A DNA stretch of 32,000 nucleotides from an uncultured archaeon (GTDB lineage Archaea > Iainarchaeota > Iainarchaeia > Iainarchaeales > Iainarchaeaceae), in NCBI GenBank assembly GCA_964577555.1, contig CAZNZM010000001.1, positions 1-32,000 on the forward strand, written 5' to 3'. Positions 7,459 through 16,656 of this stretch are shown piece by piece. The first letter of the stretch is position 1; each line of letters begins with the position of its first letter. The translations under genes were made by a program, and so were the position numbers. A model generated the notes under the pieces. The model searched no databases. It was not told the DNA's origin and worked only from the letters and a program-made list of their open reading frames with translations.

Positions 7459-8184
7459 ATGGCAAACAGAGGAGAAAGAAAAAGGCAAAAATCCATTTCG
7501 GCGCCTAATGTCAGGCACTTTAACAGAAAAGAAAATACTTTCACACCAAGGTCAAAACCGGGGCCTCACAACAAAGAAATGTCGGTTCCGCTTTCATTTT
7601 GCATTAAATTTATTTTGGGTATTGCAAACCATTCCAAAGAAGCAAAGAATTTGATTGCAAACGGCAAGATAAAGGTAAATGGAAAGGTTAGAAAAAGTCT
7701 TTCTTTTCCTGTTGGCTTATTTGATGTTGTTGAAATTGTTGAGCCAAAAATCTTTTTCAGGGTATTTCTTGACAAGAAAGGCAGGTTGAAAATGAAAGAA
7801 ATAGACGAAAAATCAGCGGCATTTAAAGTGTGTAAAGTTGTCGGAAAAAAAATTTCTAAGGGCGGTAAATTGTTGCTTGTGACAAATGAAGGGTTTACAA
7901 TTGATGCTGGAAAAGAAAAAGTCAATGTTGAAGACAGCATAAAAGTTTCTTTGCCTGCAATGAAGGTGGAAGAGGTTTATCCTATGGAAGTTGGTTCAAT
8001 TGCAATAATTGTTGGCGGAGTGCATGTTGGACAATTGGCAAAAGTTGAATCAATAGTTCCTGGAACAATGAATAGAGAAAAACTTGTAACTCTTGAAGCC
8101 AAAAATTCAAAATATCAAACAATAAGCGATTATGTTTTCATAGTTGGAAAAACAAAGCCGGAAACAGAGGTATTTGAAGAGTGA
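7459..8184 (+). CDS. rps4e: 30S ribosomal protein S4e (eS4)
   Basis: MANRGERKRQKSISAP N-terminus typical of eS4, plus an S4/KOW region. The ORF is open from GTG 7450 (alternative start). Confidence 0.92.
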   Translation: MANRGERKRQKSISAPNVRHFNRKENTFTPRSKPGPHNKEMSVPLSFCIKFILGIANHSKEAKNLIANGKIKVNGKVRKSLSFPVGLFDVVEIVEPKIFFRVFLDKKGRLKMKEIDEKSAAFKVCKVVGKKISKGGKLLLVTNEGFTIDAGKEKVNVEDSIKVSLPAMKVEEVYPMEVGSIAIIVGGVHVGQLAKVESIVPGTMNREKLVTLEAKNSKYQTISDYVFIVGKTKPETEVFEE

Positions 8185-8190
8185 TTTTTT

Positions 8191-8700
8191 ATGGATAACC
8201 CGATGAAAAAACTAAGAATTGAAAAAGTTACTATCAACATAGGAGTTGGAAAGACGGGTGAAGAATTGGAAAAAGCGGGAACTATTTTGAAAATGATAAC
8301 TGGTGCAAAACCTGTTTTTACTGCCGCGAAAGTCAAACAGCCTACTTGGGGTATCAGAGAAGGTTTGACAATTGGTGCAAAAGTTACTCTTAGGGGGCAA
8401 TCTGCAATAAATTTTTTGAAGGACGCTTTTATTGCGGTTGATAATAAAATCAAGAAAAAGAGTTTTGACAAGTTTGGCAATTTCGGTTTTGGGGTAAAAG
8501 AATATATTGATATGCCAAAGGCAAAATATGATCCAAAACTTGGTATAAGGGGGTTTGATGTTCTTGTAACAATGGAAAGACCTGGGTATAGGATAAAAAA
8601 AAGAAAATTGAAGAAAACGCAAATAGGAAAAAGACATCTTGTTTCCGCGAATGAAGCAGCTGAATTTATAAAAGAAAAATTCGGGGTAGAGATTATATGA
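8191..8700 (+). CDS. rpl5: 50S ribosomal protein L5 (uL5)
   Basis: 169 aa with KVTINIGVGKTGEELEKA ... GIREGLTIGAKVTLRG motif. Preceded by the GTGATTTTTT cassette. Confidence 0.95.
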   Translation: MDNPMKKLRIEKVTINIGVGKTGEELEKAGTILKMITGAKPVFTAAKVKQPTWGIREGLTIGAKVTLRGQSAINFLKDAFIAVDNKIKKKSFDKFGNFGFGVKEYIDMPKAKYDPKLGIRGFDVLVTMERPGYRIKKRKLKKTQIGKRHLVSANEAAEFIKEKFGVEII

Positions 8701-8855
8701 GCGAAAACAAAAAGAAAAAGCCGTACAAAGTTCAGCCAAAAATATGCAAAAGATGTGGTTCGCATAAAGGGGTTATAAGTAAGTATGGTATTGGGCTTTG
8801 CAGGAGATGTTTCAAGGATAATGCGGAAACAATAGGTTTCAGGAAGTATGATTAG
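8697..8855 (+). CDS. rps14: 30S ribosomal protein S14 type Z (uS14, zinc form)
   Basis: 52-codon ORF, below the track cutoff. ATG overlaps the rpl5 stop (ATGA). My translation is MSENKKKKPYKVQPKICKRCGSHKGVISKYGIGLCRRCFKDNAETIGFRKYD, with CxxC...CxxC. Confidence 0.9.
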   Translation: MSENKKKKPYKVQPKICKRCGSHKGVISKYGIGLCRRCFKDNAETIGFRKYD

Positions 8856-8863
8856 GTGGTAAT

Positions 8864-9253
8864 ATGAAAAATGACACAATATCGGACGCTCTGATAAATA
8901 TCAAGAATCATGAGCAGGCGGCAAAAAAAGTTTGTTATTTGAAGCCGTCTTCAAAACTTTTGTTGGAAGTTTTGAGAATAATGAAAGAAGCTGGTTATAT
9001 TGGAAATTATGAAGTTGTTGAAGATGGAAAAGGCAACATGATAAAAGTTGAGTTGCTTGGAAAAATTAATCAATGCAGGGCAATAAAGCCAAGATATGCA
9101 GTAAAAAAGAATGAGTTTGAAAAATATGAGAAAAGATATTTGCCTTCGTTTGATGTTGGAACAATTATTGTATCAACTCCAAAAGGGGTTGTTACGCATT
9201 CGCAAGCTAAGGAAAAATATCTTGGCGGAAGGTTGATTGCTTACGTTTATTGA
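8864..9253 (+). CDS. rps8: 30S ribosomal protein S8 (uS8)
   Basis: 129 aa with DTISDALINIKNHEQAAKK N-terminus and LGGRLIAYVY C-terminus. AGGTGG lies upstream. Confidence 0.95.
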   Translation: MKNDTISDALINIKNHEQAAKKVCYLKPSSKLLLEVLRIMKEAGYIGNYEVVEDGKGNMIKVELLGKINQCRAIKPRYAVKKNEFEKYEKRYLPSFDVGTIIVSTPKGVVTHSQAKEKYLGGRLIAYVY

Positions 9254-9263
9254 GGTAACTTTT

Positions 9264-9791
9264 ATGGAAAAACTGGTTGGTTCAGTGGAAATTCCTCAAG
9301 GAATAATTGCGGAAGTCAGCGGCAATTTTGTCAAGCTGAAAGCGGGACAAAAAGAAAACAGCAGGGAATTCAAGTCAATCAATACTGCAATAAGATTAAG
9401 CAACAGCAAAATAGAGATTTATGCGCTTGATGGCAGAAAAAAAACCAATGCAGAAGCTGGTTCAATTATTTCACACATAAGAAACATGGTAAATGGTCTT
9501 GAAAAGGAGTATGAATATAAATTGGAAATAGTTTATAGTCACTTTCCGTTAAATGTTGTCGTCAAAGGTAATGTAATTGAAATTAATAATTTGGGCGGAG
9601 CGAAGAATCCCAAAAAAGTCAAGATAGCGGGGAATACGAAAGTTGAAGTCAAAGGAAAGGAAATAACAGTTAGAGGCACTAACAAAGAGCATGTGGGGCA
9701 GACTGCAGCCAACATGGAAATGGCTACAAAAATAAAAGGCAAAGACATAAGGATTTTTCATGACGGGATTTATATTGTTTCAAAAAAGTAA
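9264..9791 (+). CDS. rpl6: 50S ribosomal protein L6 (uL6)
   Basis: Internal ATG (MEKLVGSVEIPQG) preferred over TTG 9237, which overlaps rps8. Two-domain uL6 pattern. Confidence 0.92.
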   Translation: MEKLVGSVEIPQGIIAEVSGNFVKLKAGQKENSREFKSINTAIRLSNSKIEIYALDGRKKTNAEAGSIISHIRNMVNGLEKEYEYKLEIVYSHFPLNVVVKGNVIEINNLGGAKNPKKVKIAGNTKVEVKGKEITVRGTNKEHVGQTAANMEMATKIKGKDIRIFHDGIYIVSKK

Positions 9792-9806
9792 TTGGGGTTG
9801 ATTTTT

Positions 9807-10295
9807 ATGGTTGAAAAAAAACAAGTCAAAAATTCAAAGCCTGAACAAAAAGAGAGCAAGGCTGATTCAAAGCCAAAGGAAAAAAAGGAGAAAAAATCCA
9901 GAAAAGTGATTATTAAGGCTTCAAAAGAAATACAAAAACTTAGGTCTCTTGCACTTTCAAAAACAAATTCGCCTGTTTTCAGAGGCAGGTTTGGAAAGAG
10001 AAAAATAAGAAGAAAAAGCAAGGCAAAGTGGAACAAATGGAGATTTCCAAGAGGAATTGACGTGAACCATGAACAATGCGAAGGATTTATTCCAAGAATA
10101 GGATATTTGAGGGCAAAGGCTATAAGGAATTTGCATCCAAGTGGATATAAGGAAATGCTTGTATCAAAGCTCGAAGAACTCAAAAATTTGGACAAGAATA
10201 CTGCAATCAGAATTGCGGCTGGAATTGGAAAAAGGAAGAAAATTGCGTTGGTGGATAAGGCAATTGAAATGGGTATAAAGGTATTAAATCCTTGA
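9807..10295 (+). CDS. rpl32e: 50S ribosomal protein L32e (eL32)
   Basis: RGRFGKRKIRRKSKAKWNKWRFPRGIDV ... HPSGYKEMLV core. ATG 9807 follows a TTGATTTTT spacer. K/E-rich N-extension. Confidence 0.9.
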   Translation: MVEKKQVKNSKPEQKESKADSKPKEKKEKKSRKVIIKASKEIQKLRSLALSKTNSPVFRGRFGKRKIRRKSKAKWNKWRFPRGIDVNHEQCEGFIPRIGYLRAKAIRNLHPSGYKEMLVSKLEELKNLDKNTAIRIAAGIGKRKKIALVDKAIEMGIKVLNP

Positions 10296-10309
10296 AAAGG
10301 TGAATTGAA

Positions 10310-10750
10310 ATGAATTACAGAAAAGCAAAAAGGCTTGCAGCAAAAATTCTCAAAGTTGGGGAAAGTAAAGTGTGGATCAACCCTGAAGCTGGCAACAGGA
10401 TAAAAGAAGCCATGACAAATGAGGATATAAGAGGACTTATTGCTGAAAAAATTATAACAAAAAGCAGCACTCCTGAACAAAGCAGGGCAAGGGCAAGAAA
10501 GCTTAAGGAAAAGAAGAAAAAAGGAAGAAAAAGGGGAAAAGGGAAAAGAACTGGTACAAAAAAAGCCAGAAAAGAAGGAAAACGTTTTTGGATAAAAAAC
10601 GTGCGAGCACAACGCGCTGTATTTAAAGAATTGAAGAAAAAAGGGGTAAAACTCAAGCATTCGCCAAGAAAGATTTACATGATGATTAGCGGAAACTTTT
10701 TCAAAGGAAAAAAGCACCTGCAATCGGTTGTTGAAGGTGATAACAAATGA
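10310..10750 (+). CDS. rpl19e: 50S ribosomal protein L19e (eL19)
   Basis: KRLAAKILKVGESKVWINPE N-terminal signature and a basic middle region. Confidence 0.93.
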   Translation: MNYRKAKRLAAKILKVGESKVWINPEAGNRIKEAMTNEDIRGLIAEKIITKSSTPEQSRARARKLKEKKKKGRKRGKGKRTGTKKARKEGKRFWIKNVRAQRAVFKELKKKGVKLKHSPRKIYMMISGNFFKGKKHLQSVVEGDNK

Positions 10751-11253
10751 GCACAAGTCCAACGTATAATGTGAAATTCAGGAGAAGAAGGGAAGGTAAA
10801 ACCGATTATAAAAAAAGATTGGCTTTGCTTAAATCAAAAAAACCAAGGTTGGTTGTGAGGAGAAGCCATAATAATATTGTTGCTGAAATAGTTTCTTATA
10901 ATCCGCAAGGCGATGTAGTTAAATCATTTTTTGCTGCAACAGGGTTGAAGAAACTTGGTTGGAAAGGGCATACTGGCAATATTCCTGCAGCATATCTTGC
11001 AGGCTATGCTTGTGCAAAAAAAGCAATTAAAGGAGGGATGAAGGAAGCTGTTTTGGATATAGGGCTTACTTCGCCAGTCCATGGAAGCGCAGTGTTTTCA
11101 GCGCTCAAAGGGGCTGTTGAAGCCGGGTTAAGTGTTCCTTTAAATGCGGAAGTTTTGCCTTCTGATGACAGGGCAAAAGGCAAGCATATAAGCGAAGAAA
11201 TTGCAAGGAATTTTGAAGAAGTAAAAAGCAAAATAGACAAGGAGTTTGGTTAA
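10747..11253 (+). CDS. rpl18: 50S ribosomal protein L18 (uL18)
   Basis: FRRRREGKTDYKKRLALLKSKKPRLVVRRS signature. ATG overlaps the rpl19e stop. Confidence 0.93.
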   Translation: MSTSPTYNVKFRRRREGKTDYKKRLALLKSKKPRLVVRRSHNNIVAEIVSYNPQGDVVKSFFAATGLKKLGWKGHTGNIPAAYLAGYACAKKAIKGGMKEAVLDIGLTSPVHGSAVFSALKGAVEAGLSVPLNAEVLPSDDRAKGKHISEEIARNFEEVKSKIDKEFG

Positions 11254-11254
11254 A

Positions 11255-11977
11255 ATGCCGGCAAGAAAAGAAAAAAGGCAAAAAACAAGAGAAAAAACAA
11301 GGCATGAAGATGAACCTGATTTTAGGTTCAGAGAAGAAAAGGACATTCTTTCAGAATGGGTTCCAAAAACAGAAGGCGGAAGGCTTGTAAAATCTGGTGA
11401 AATAACAAGTATGGACGATTATTTTAACAGGGGTTTGAAGTTAATGGAGCCTGAAATAGTTGATTCTTTGTTGCCTAATCTTAAAGACAAGCTTGTGGAG
11501 TTCAAGAAGACTGCAAGAATAACAAGGCAGGGAAGAAACTTTTCTTATAGGGCTACAATACTAATAGGCGATGGCGAATCGTATGTCGGCGTTGGAACGG
11601 GTAAAGACAAAGAAAGATTTCCGGCGATACAAAAAGCTACTCGGAATGCAAAACTTAGTATTGTGAAAGTGAAAAGAGGGTGTGGCAGTTGGGAATGCAG
11701 ATGCCAGGAAAAACATTCTGTTCCTTTCAGAACAATTGGAAAAAAATCTTCAATTATTATTACTCTTCTTCCAGCGCCAAGAGGCACTGGTTTGGTGGTT
11801 GGTGATTCAATAAAAGATGTTTTCAGGTTTGTTGGAATAAAAGATGTTTGGGTAAAGACAAAAGGAAATACCAATTCAACTCTTGAATTTACTACTGCGG
11901 CAATCAATGCTCTTAAAAATACAAACAAAATGAGGCTTTCCGATGACATTAAAAGAAAATTGGGTGAGGCAAAATGA
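11255..11977 (+). CDS. rps5: 30S ribosomal protein S5 (uS5)
   Basis: RQGRNFSYRATILIGDGESYVGVGTGK ... LLPAPRGTGLV motifs. ATG 11255 (TTG 11246 is an alternative). Confidence 0.92.
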   Translation: MPARKEKRQKTREKTRHEDEPDFRFREEKDILSEWVPKTEGGRLVKSGEITSMDDYFNRGLKLMEPEIVDSLLPNLKDKLVEFKKTARITRQGRNFSYRATILIGDGESYVGVGTGKDKERFPAIQKATRNAKLSIVKVKRGCGSWECRCQEKHSVPFRTIGKKSSIIITLLPAPRGTGLVVGDSIKDVFRFVGIKDVWVKTKGNTNSTLEFTTAAINALKNTNKMRLSDDIKRKLGEAK

Positions 11978-12429
11978 TTGCGGTTGTAAGGGTTAGGGGA
12001 ACTGTAAATATCAAACCGGATATTAGAAAAACTCTTGAAAATCTGATGCTTTTCAAGCCCAACACAATGGCTGTTGTAAGTGATTCTCAAAAGAAAATGG
12101 TTGAAAAAGCCAAGGATTATGTTACGTTTGGCTTTATTGATGAAAAAGCATTGGCAATGGTGTTGGAAAAAAGAGGTTATACTGAGGAAGGAAAAAAGGT
12201 TGATTTGGAATATCTTAAAAGCAAAAATATTTCGAGTTTTGCAGAACTTTCAAATAAAGTTATTAATGGTTCTGTAAGGCTACGGGAAGTTGGTATTGTT
12301 CCTTGTTTTAGGTTGCATCCTCCAAAAAAAGGTTGGGAAAGAAAGGGAATTAAAATGCCGTTCAATTTGGGCGGTGCTCTTGGAAACAGGGGCGAGTATA
12401 TGAATGAACTTGTGTTTAGAATGATTTGA
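11974..12429 (+). CDS. rpl30: 50S ribosomal protein L30 (uL30)
   Basis: MIAVVRVRGTVNIKPDIRKTLENL N-terminus. ATG overlaps the rps5 stop. Confidence 0.93.
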   Translation: MIAVVRVRGTVNIKPDIRKTLENLMLFKPNTMAVVSDSQKKMVEKAKDYVTFGFIDEKALAMVLEKRGYTEEGKKVDLEYLKSKNISSFAELSNKVINGSVRLREVGIVPCFRLHPPKKGWERKGIKMPFNLGGALGNRGEYMNELVFRMI

Positions 12430-12439
12430 GGGTATTGTT

Positions 12440-12904
12440 ATGGTTGTAAGGAAAAGAAGAAAGAAGAACAAGTTAAGAGGCATGAGGCAGCACGGAGCTG
12501 GGGATAAGAAAAACAGACGAGGCGCTGGTTCAAGGGGCGGGGTTGGAAGGGCTGGTAGCCACAAACACAAGTTTACAAAATGGTATATGACTTTTGGCGT
12601 TAAGAGGACAAGAAAAGCGGCTGAAAAGCCAAAGGTTGTCAACCTTGATTTTATCAATCACAAATTGCCTTTTTGGGTTGAATCTGGAAAGGCAAAAAAA
12701 GAAGGCGAATTTGTTGTTGTTGATGGCTCTGTTTTGGGTTTTGGAAAGGTTTTAGGCAAAGGCAAGATTTCGGCAAAAATAAAACTGGTAAATGTACAGG
12801 TTTCTGCGAGTGCATTAGAAAAAATTAAGGCTGTTGGTGGAGCAATGCAGAGTGAAGGTATTGAGGAAGGCTTTGAAGAAGAGGAGGATGAGGACAAAGA
12901 ATGA
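12440..12904 (+). CDS. rpl15: 50S ribosomal protein L15 (uL15)
   Basis: KLRGMRQHGAGDKKNRRGAGSRGGVGRAGSHKHKF glycine/basic N-terminus. Acidic C-tail. Confidence 0.93.
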   Translation: MVVRKRRKKNKLRGMRQHGAGDKKNRRGAGSRGGVGRAGSHKHKFTKWYMTFGVKRTRKAAEKPKVVNLDFINHKLPFWVESGKAKKEGEFVVVDGSVLGFGKVLGKGKISAKIKLVNVQVSASALEKIKAVGGAMQSEGIEEGFEEEEDEDKE

Positions 12905-14325
12905 ACATCTTCAAGACGCTTCAGCCAATTTATTCGATGTTGCCTGAAGTAAAGGCTCCTGAAAATAAGGGTTCTTTGAAAGACAGGTTAATGTGGACAG
13001 CTGCCGTGCTCTTGATTTTTTTTGCAATGGGAAGCGTCAAGCTTTTTGGGCTTAGTGCTGCAAGCGCCGGAAGGCTTGAACAAGTACAAGTAATACTTGC
13101 GTCGGATGCTGGCACTCTTATAACTGTTGGAATAGGTCCTATTGTGCTTGCTTCAATAATTTTGCAATTGCTTATTGGTGGCGGATTAGTCAAGCTTGAT
13201 CTTAGCAAGCCTGAAGAAAAAGCCCAATTTTCAGGAATGCAAAAATTGCTTGCAATAATATTGAGTTTTGTGGAAAGCACTGTTTATACTGCAACTGGTT
13301 TTCTTACTCCCGAACCTGGAATGATGCCTTTAATAATTTTACAAGTAGCCATGGGCGCAATAATTTTGCTTTATCTTGATGAAGTGGTTTCAAAATATGG
13401 AATAGGTTCTGGTGTCGGACTTTTTATTGCTGGTGGAGTTGCAAAGATCATAATGTGGAGAATTTTTTCGCCTTTGAACCTTCAAAGAAATATTTCTCTG
13501 GTGGATGGCACTGGATTATTGTTTCTTTTTATTAGGGAAATGCAAAACAACATATCGGTTGCAATGATTGATGCTTTGCTTCCGATAATTGTGACAATAA
13601 TAGTTTTTGTTGTAGTGGTGTATACTGAAGGGATACATGTAAATATTCCAATAACCATGGGAAGAAAAGGCACTGGGGGGCGTTATCCTGTAAAGTTTTT
13701 ATATGTTTCAAATATGCCTGTAATTCTTGCATCTGCGTTGTTTCTTAATATTGGGATTTGGGCTCAATTGTTCAAGAACGTGCCTTTTATAGGCGGCTTG
13801 CTCGGAGGACTTGCAACAATTGTTATTCCGCCATATGACTTAGTCAGAAATGTGCTTATGGAGGGAATAAATGCGAATTTGATTAACCAAATGTGGCAAA
13901 GCATTACTACGTTGCAATTTGTTGGTTTGGGCGGGCAAATCATACACGCTTTTGTTTTTATTGTTATTTTAACAATTGTTTGCGTTATTTTTGGAAGGCT
14001 TTGGATTGAAGTTGGCGGCCAAGGACCTGAAAGGATTGCAGAACAACTTAATAGGGCCGGCATGTCGATTCCGGGTTTCAGAAGGGATCCAAGAATTATA
14101 AGGCAAGTGCTTGACAGGTATGTGCCAACAATAACAATTCTTGGTTCGGCATTTGTTGGACTTTTGGCTGGCTTTGCAGACATTACCGGGGCCATTGGGT
14201 CAGGAACAGGAATTTTGCTTACTGCAGGCATAGTTTACAGGCTTTATGAAGAACTTGCAAAAATGCAATTGGCTGAAACCCATCCATTATTAAAAGGATT
14301 TTTTGGACAAGGAGGCGGTTTTTAA
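12901..14325 (+). CDS. secY: Protein translocase subunit SecY
   Basis: 474 aa with ~10 TM segments and a PGFRRDPRIIRQVLDRYVP cytoplasmic-loop motif. Canonical position after rpl15. Confidence 0.95.
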   Translation: MNIFKTLQPIYSMLPEVKAPENKGSLKDRLMWTAAVLLIFFAMGSVKLFGLSAASAGRLEQVQVILASDAGTLITVGIGPIVLASIILQLLIGGGLVKLDLSKPEEKAQFSGMQKLLAIILSFVESTVYTATGFLTPEPGMMPLIILQVAMGAIILLYLDEVVSKYGIGSGVGLFIAGGVAKIIMWRIFSPLNLQRNISLVDGTGLLFLFIREMQNNISVAMIDALLPIIVTIIVFVVVVYTEGIHVNIPITMGRKGTGGRYPVKFLYVSNMPVILASALFLNIGIWAQLFKNVPFIGGLLGGLATIVIPPYDLVRNVLMEGINANLINQMWQSITTLQFVGLGGQIIHAFVFIVILTIVCVIFGRLWIEVGGQGPERIAEQLNRAGMSIPGFRRDPRIIRQVLDRYVPTITILGSAFVGLLAGFADITGAIGSGTGILLTAGIVYRLYEELAKMQLAETHPLLKGFFGQGGGF

Positions 14326-14394
14326 AAGAATCGGTTGAAAAGTATTAAGTCCAACTTGATTCTTTTAAGAATTCAAATTTTCAGGTGTTTTTTT

Positions 14395-14898
14395 ATGGTT
14401 GAACCTATGTTTGAGATATTTGGCATTTCGCTTTTCCTGGCTGTTGTTTCACAAATAATTCAAAACAAGTTTATGGACAAAGAATCTATGAAAAAGCACC
14501 AAGAAGACATGAAAGCCAAACAGAAAAGAATGAAAGAGTTGATTGGCAAGAATGATCAAAAATCAAAAAACGAACTTGAAACCCTTGAAAAAGAGCTTAT
14601 GGAGTCAATGCAAAAAGTCATGGAAGGTTCAACAAAAACAATGCTATTTTCTTTGGTGATTTTCTTGCCAGCTTTTTGGTTGTTGGGACATTTTTATGAA
14701 AAAGCGGTTATTGATTTGCCTGTGCAAATTCCTTGGTTTGTGGAAGGGTTTGATTTATTAAATATTTCAACTTGGGGTATTAAAATGTACAGCCAAACAA
14801 ATTGGTTGGGCTGGTATTTTTTGACATATTTGGTTATTTCAATGATAACAGGATTCATAATTTCCCAATTTAAAAAAAACAAGGCAAATAAGAAGTGA
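14395..14898 (+). CDS. DUF106 / EMC3-TMCO1-like membrane protein (archaeal Oxa1/YidC-superfamily insertase candidate)
   Basis: TM1, then a K/E coiled coil (KESMKKHQEDMKAKQKRMKEL...), then 2 TM segments. This is the conserved archaeal neighbour of secY. ATG 14395 follows AGGTG, and the extended ORF start at 14335 is rejected. Confidence 0.75.
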   Translation: MVEPMFEIFGISLFLAVVSQIIQNKFMDKESMKKHQEDMKAKQKRMKELIGKNDQKSKNELETLEKELMESMQKVMEGSTKTMLFSLVIFLPAFWLLGHFYEKAVIDLPVQIPWFVEGFDLLNISTWGIKMYSQTNWLGWYFLTYLVISMITGFIISQFKKNKANKK

Positions 14899-14903
14899 TT
14901 ATC

Positions 14904-15242
14904 ATGGTTGATCGACAAACAAGAATGAAAAAGAAAAAATACAGGAGAACACCTGGTTCAAAAACCGTTGTACATTACACAAGACATAAGATTACAAAAG
15001 CGGAGTGCCCTGTCACTAAAAAAAGGTTGCATGGAACTGGAAACCAAACAAAAAGCAGTATAAGAAAACTTTCAAAAACACGTAAAAGACCAAGCGTAAA
15101 ATTTGGCGGAGTACTTTCAGCAAAGGCAAGAAGAATAATATGGGATGAAGCGGCGTTGGTTTTGCTTGGCAAAAAAAATATTAATGATGTTTCAATGACA
15201 ATCAGAAATTATGTTAAACAAGCATTAAAGGTGAATAAATGA
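14904..15242 (+). CDS. rpl34e: 50S ribosomal protein L34e (eL34), cysteine-poor form
   Basis: KKYRRTPGSKTVVHYTRHK ... LSKTRKRPSVKFGGVLS pattern of eL34, in the conserved position. Confidence 0.88.
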   Translation: MVDRQTRMKKKKYRRTPGSKTVVHYTRHKITKAECPVTKKRLHGTGNQTKSSIRKLSKTRKRPSVKFGGVLSAKARRIIWDEAALVLLGKKNINDVSMTIRNYVKQALKVNK

Positions 15243-15460
15243 AGGCAATTGATGTTGGAAGTATTTGTATAAAGACAACAGGCAGGGAAGCCGGAGAAAA
15301 AGCCGTTGTGCTTGAAATACTTGGACCAACAATGGTGACAATAATAGGACCTAAAGTAAGAAAGAGAAAATGCAACATATTGCACTTATTGCCTACTGGC
15401 AAAAAAATTGAAGTGAATTCAAAAATAACGCAAAAAGAAATTGCAAAAATGATTGAGTGA
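15239..15460 (+). CDS. rpl14e: 50S ribosomal protein L14e (eL14)
   Basis: 73 aa with KOW-like GSICIKTTGREAGEKAVVLEI. ATG overlaps the rpl34e stop. Confidence 0.88.
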   Translation: MKAIDVGSICIKTTGREAGEKAVVLEILGPTMVTIIGPKVRKRKCNILHLLPTGKKIEVNSKITQKEIAKMIE

Positions 15461-15465
15461 TGTAA

Positions 15466-16059
15466 ATGGCAAAAAAAGAAAAACAAGAGATTGAAGGCAG
15501 GAAAGAAAACGAAAAAGAAGCAAAGTCGGATGAAAGGCTTATTGTTCGTGTAGCCGGCGTTGATCTTAATGGCAGGTTGCCAATACAAAGGTCTCTTACA
15601 AAAATAAAAGGAATAGGAATAAGAATGGCAAAAAGCATTGCTGTAGCATTTGAAAAATTAACTGGAATATCGCCTCTACAAAAAACCGGGGCGCTTAATG
15701 AAGAACAAACAAAAAAACTTGAGGAAGTAGTGCTGCATCCTGAAAAATTTGGAGTGCCTTCTTGGCAACTCAACAGACAAAAGGATTTTTACACTGGATT
15801 ATCAACGCATTTAGTAATGGCTGATTTGGACCTTGCATTAAGAGAGGACTTGTCAAGGCTTAAAGAAATAAAATCTTATAGAGGACTAAGGCATCAATGG
15901 GGTTTGCCTGTCAGAGGGCAAAGAACAAAGTCAACTCACAGAGGCAAAGGCGGAGTTGTAGGAGTAATGAAGAAAGAAGTCAAACAAGCTGCGGCTCCTG
16001 CAAAAGCCAAAGAATCTCCAAAGCCGGCGGCAAGTCAAAAAGGCGGAGCTAAAAAGTGA
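15466..16059 (+). CDS. rps13: 30S ribosomal protein S13 (uS13)
   Basis: IVRVAGVDLNGRLPIQRSLTKIKGIGIRMAKSI and YRGLRHQWGLPVRGQRTKS motifs. Charged N- and C-terminal extensions. Confidence 0.93.
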   Translation: MAKKEKQEIEGRKENEKEAKSDERLIVRVAGVDLNGRLPIQRSLTKIKGIGIRMAKSIAVAFEKLTGISPLQKTGALNEEQTKKLEEVVLHPEKFGVPSWQLNRQKDFYTGLSTHLVMADLDLALREDLSRLKEIKSYRGLRHQWGLPVRGQRTKSTHRGKGGVVGVMKKEVKQAAAPAKAKESPKPAASQKGGAKK

Positions 16060-16068
16060 GGTGTTTGA

Positions 16069-16656
16069 ATGGGAGACCCTGCTAAAAAAAGAAAATTGTA
16101 TAAAAATCCAAGAAAACAATGGGATGCCCAACTTCTTGAAAGGGAAAGAAAACTCGTTGAATTTTACGGGTTAAAAAACAAAAGAGAGTTAAGAAGAACT
16201 GAAACTTGGTTGAGGCAAAAAAAGAAATTGGCTAGGGATTTGTTGGGCTTGCCTCTTGAAACAAGAAAGCAACGCGAAACCGAACTTATGAATGGTTTGA
16301 AAAAAATCGGTTTGGTTAAAGAAGGATCAACAATTGATGACGTGCTTGGGCTTAAAATAGAAGAAGTTTTGGAAAGAAGGCTTCAAACTTATGTGTATAG
16401 GAAAGGTTTTGCAAATACAACAAAACAGGCAAGACAATTTATTGTGCATGGACACATAGCAATTGCTGGAAAAAAAATAAGTGCTCCGTCTTACATAGTT
16501 CCATTGACCGAAGTTGAAACAATAGGCTGGTATAGAAAACCAATTAAAATTGAAGCCCAACCAAAAAAAGACGTCAAAAAAGAGTTTGAAGAAATTGTAA
16601 AAGCCCAAGAAAATGAAGAACAAGAAAATTTTGAAAAAGAAGGTGAAATGGAATGA
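16069..16656 (+). CDS. rps4: 30S ribosomal protein S4 (uS4)
   Basis: GDPAKKRKLYKNPRKQWD N-terminus, then an S4 RNA-binding domain (QARQFIVHGHIAIAGKKISAPSYIV). Confidence 0.93.
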   Translation: MGDPAKKRKLYKNPRKQWDAQLLERERKLVEFYGLKNKRELRRTETWLRQKKKLARDLLGLPLETRKQRETELMNGLKKIGLVKEGSTIDDVLGLKIEEVLERRLQTYVYRKGFANTTKQARQFIVHGHIAIAGKKISAPSYIVPLTEVETIGWYRKPIKIEAQPKKDVKKEFEEIVKAQENEEQENFEKEGEME

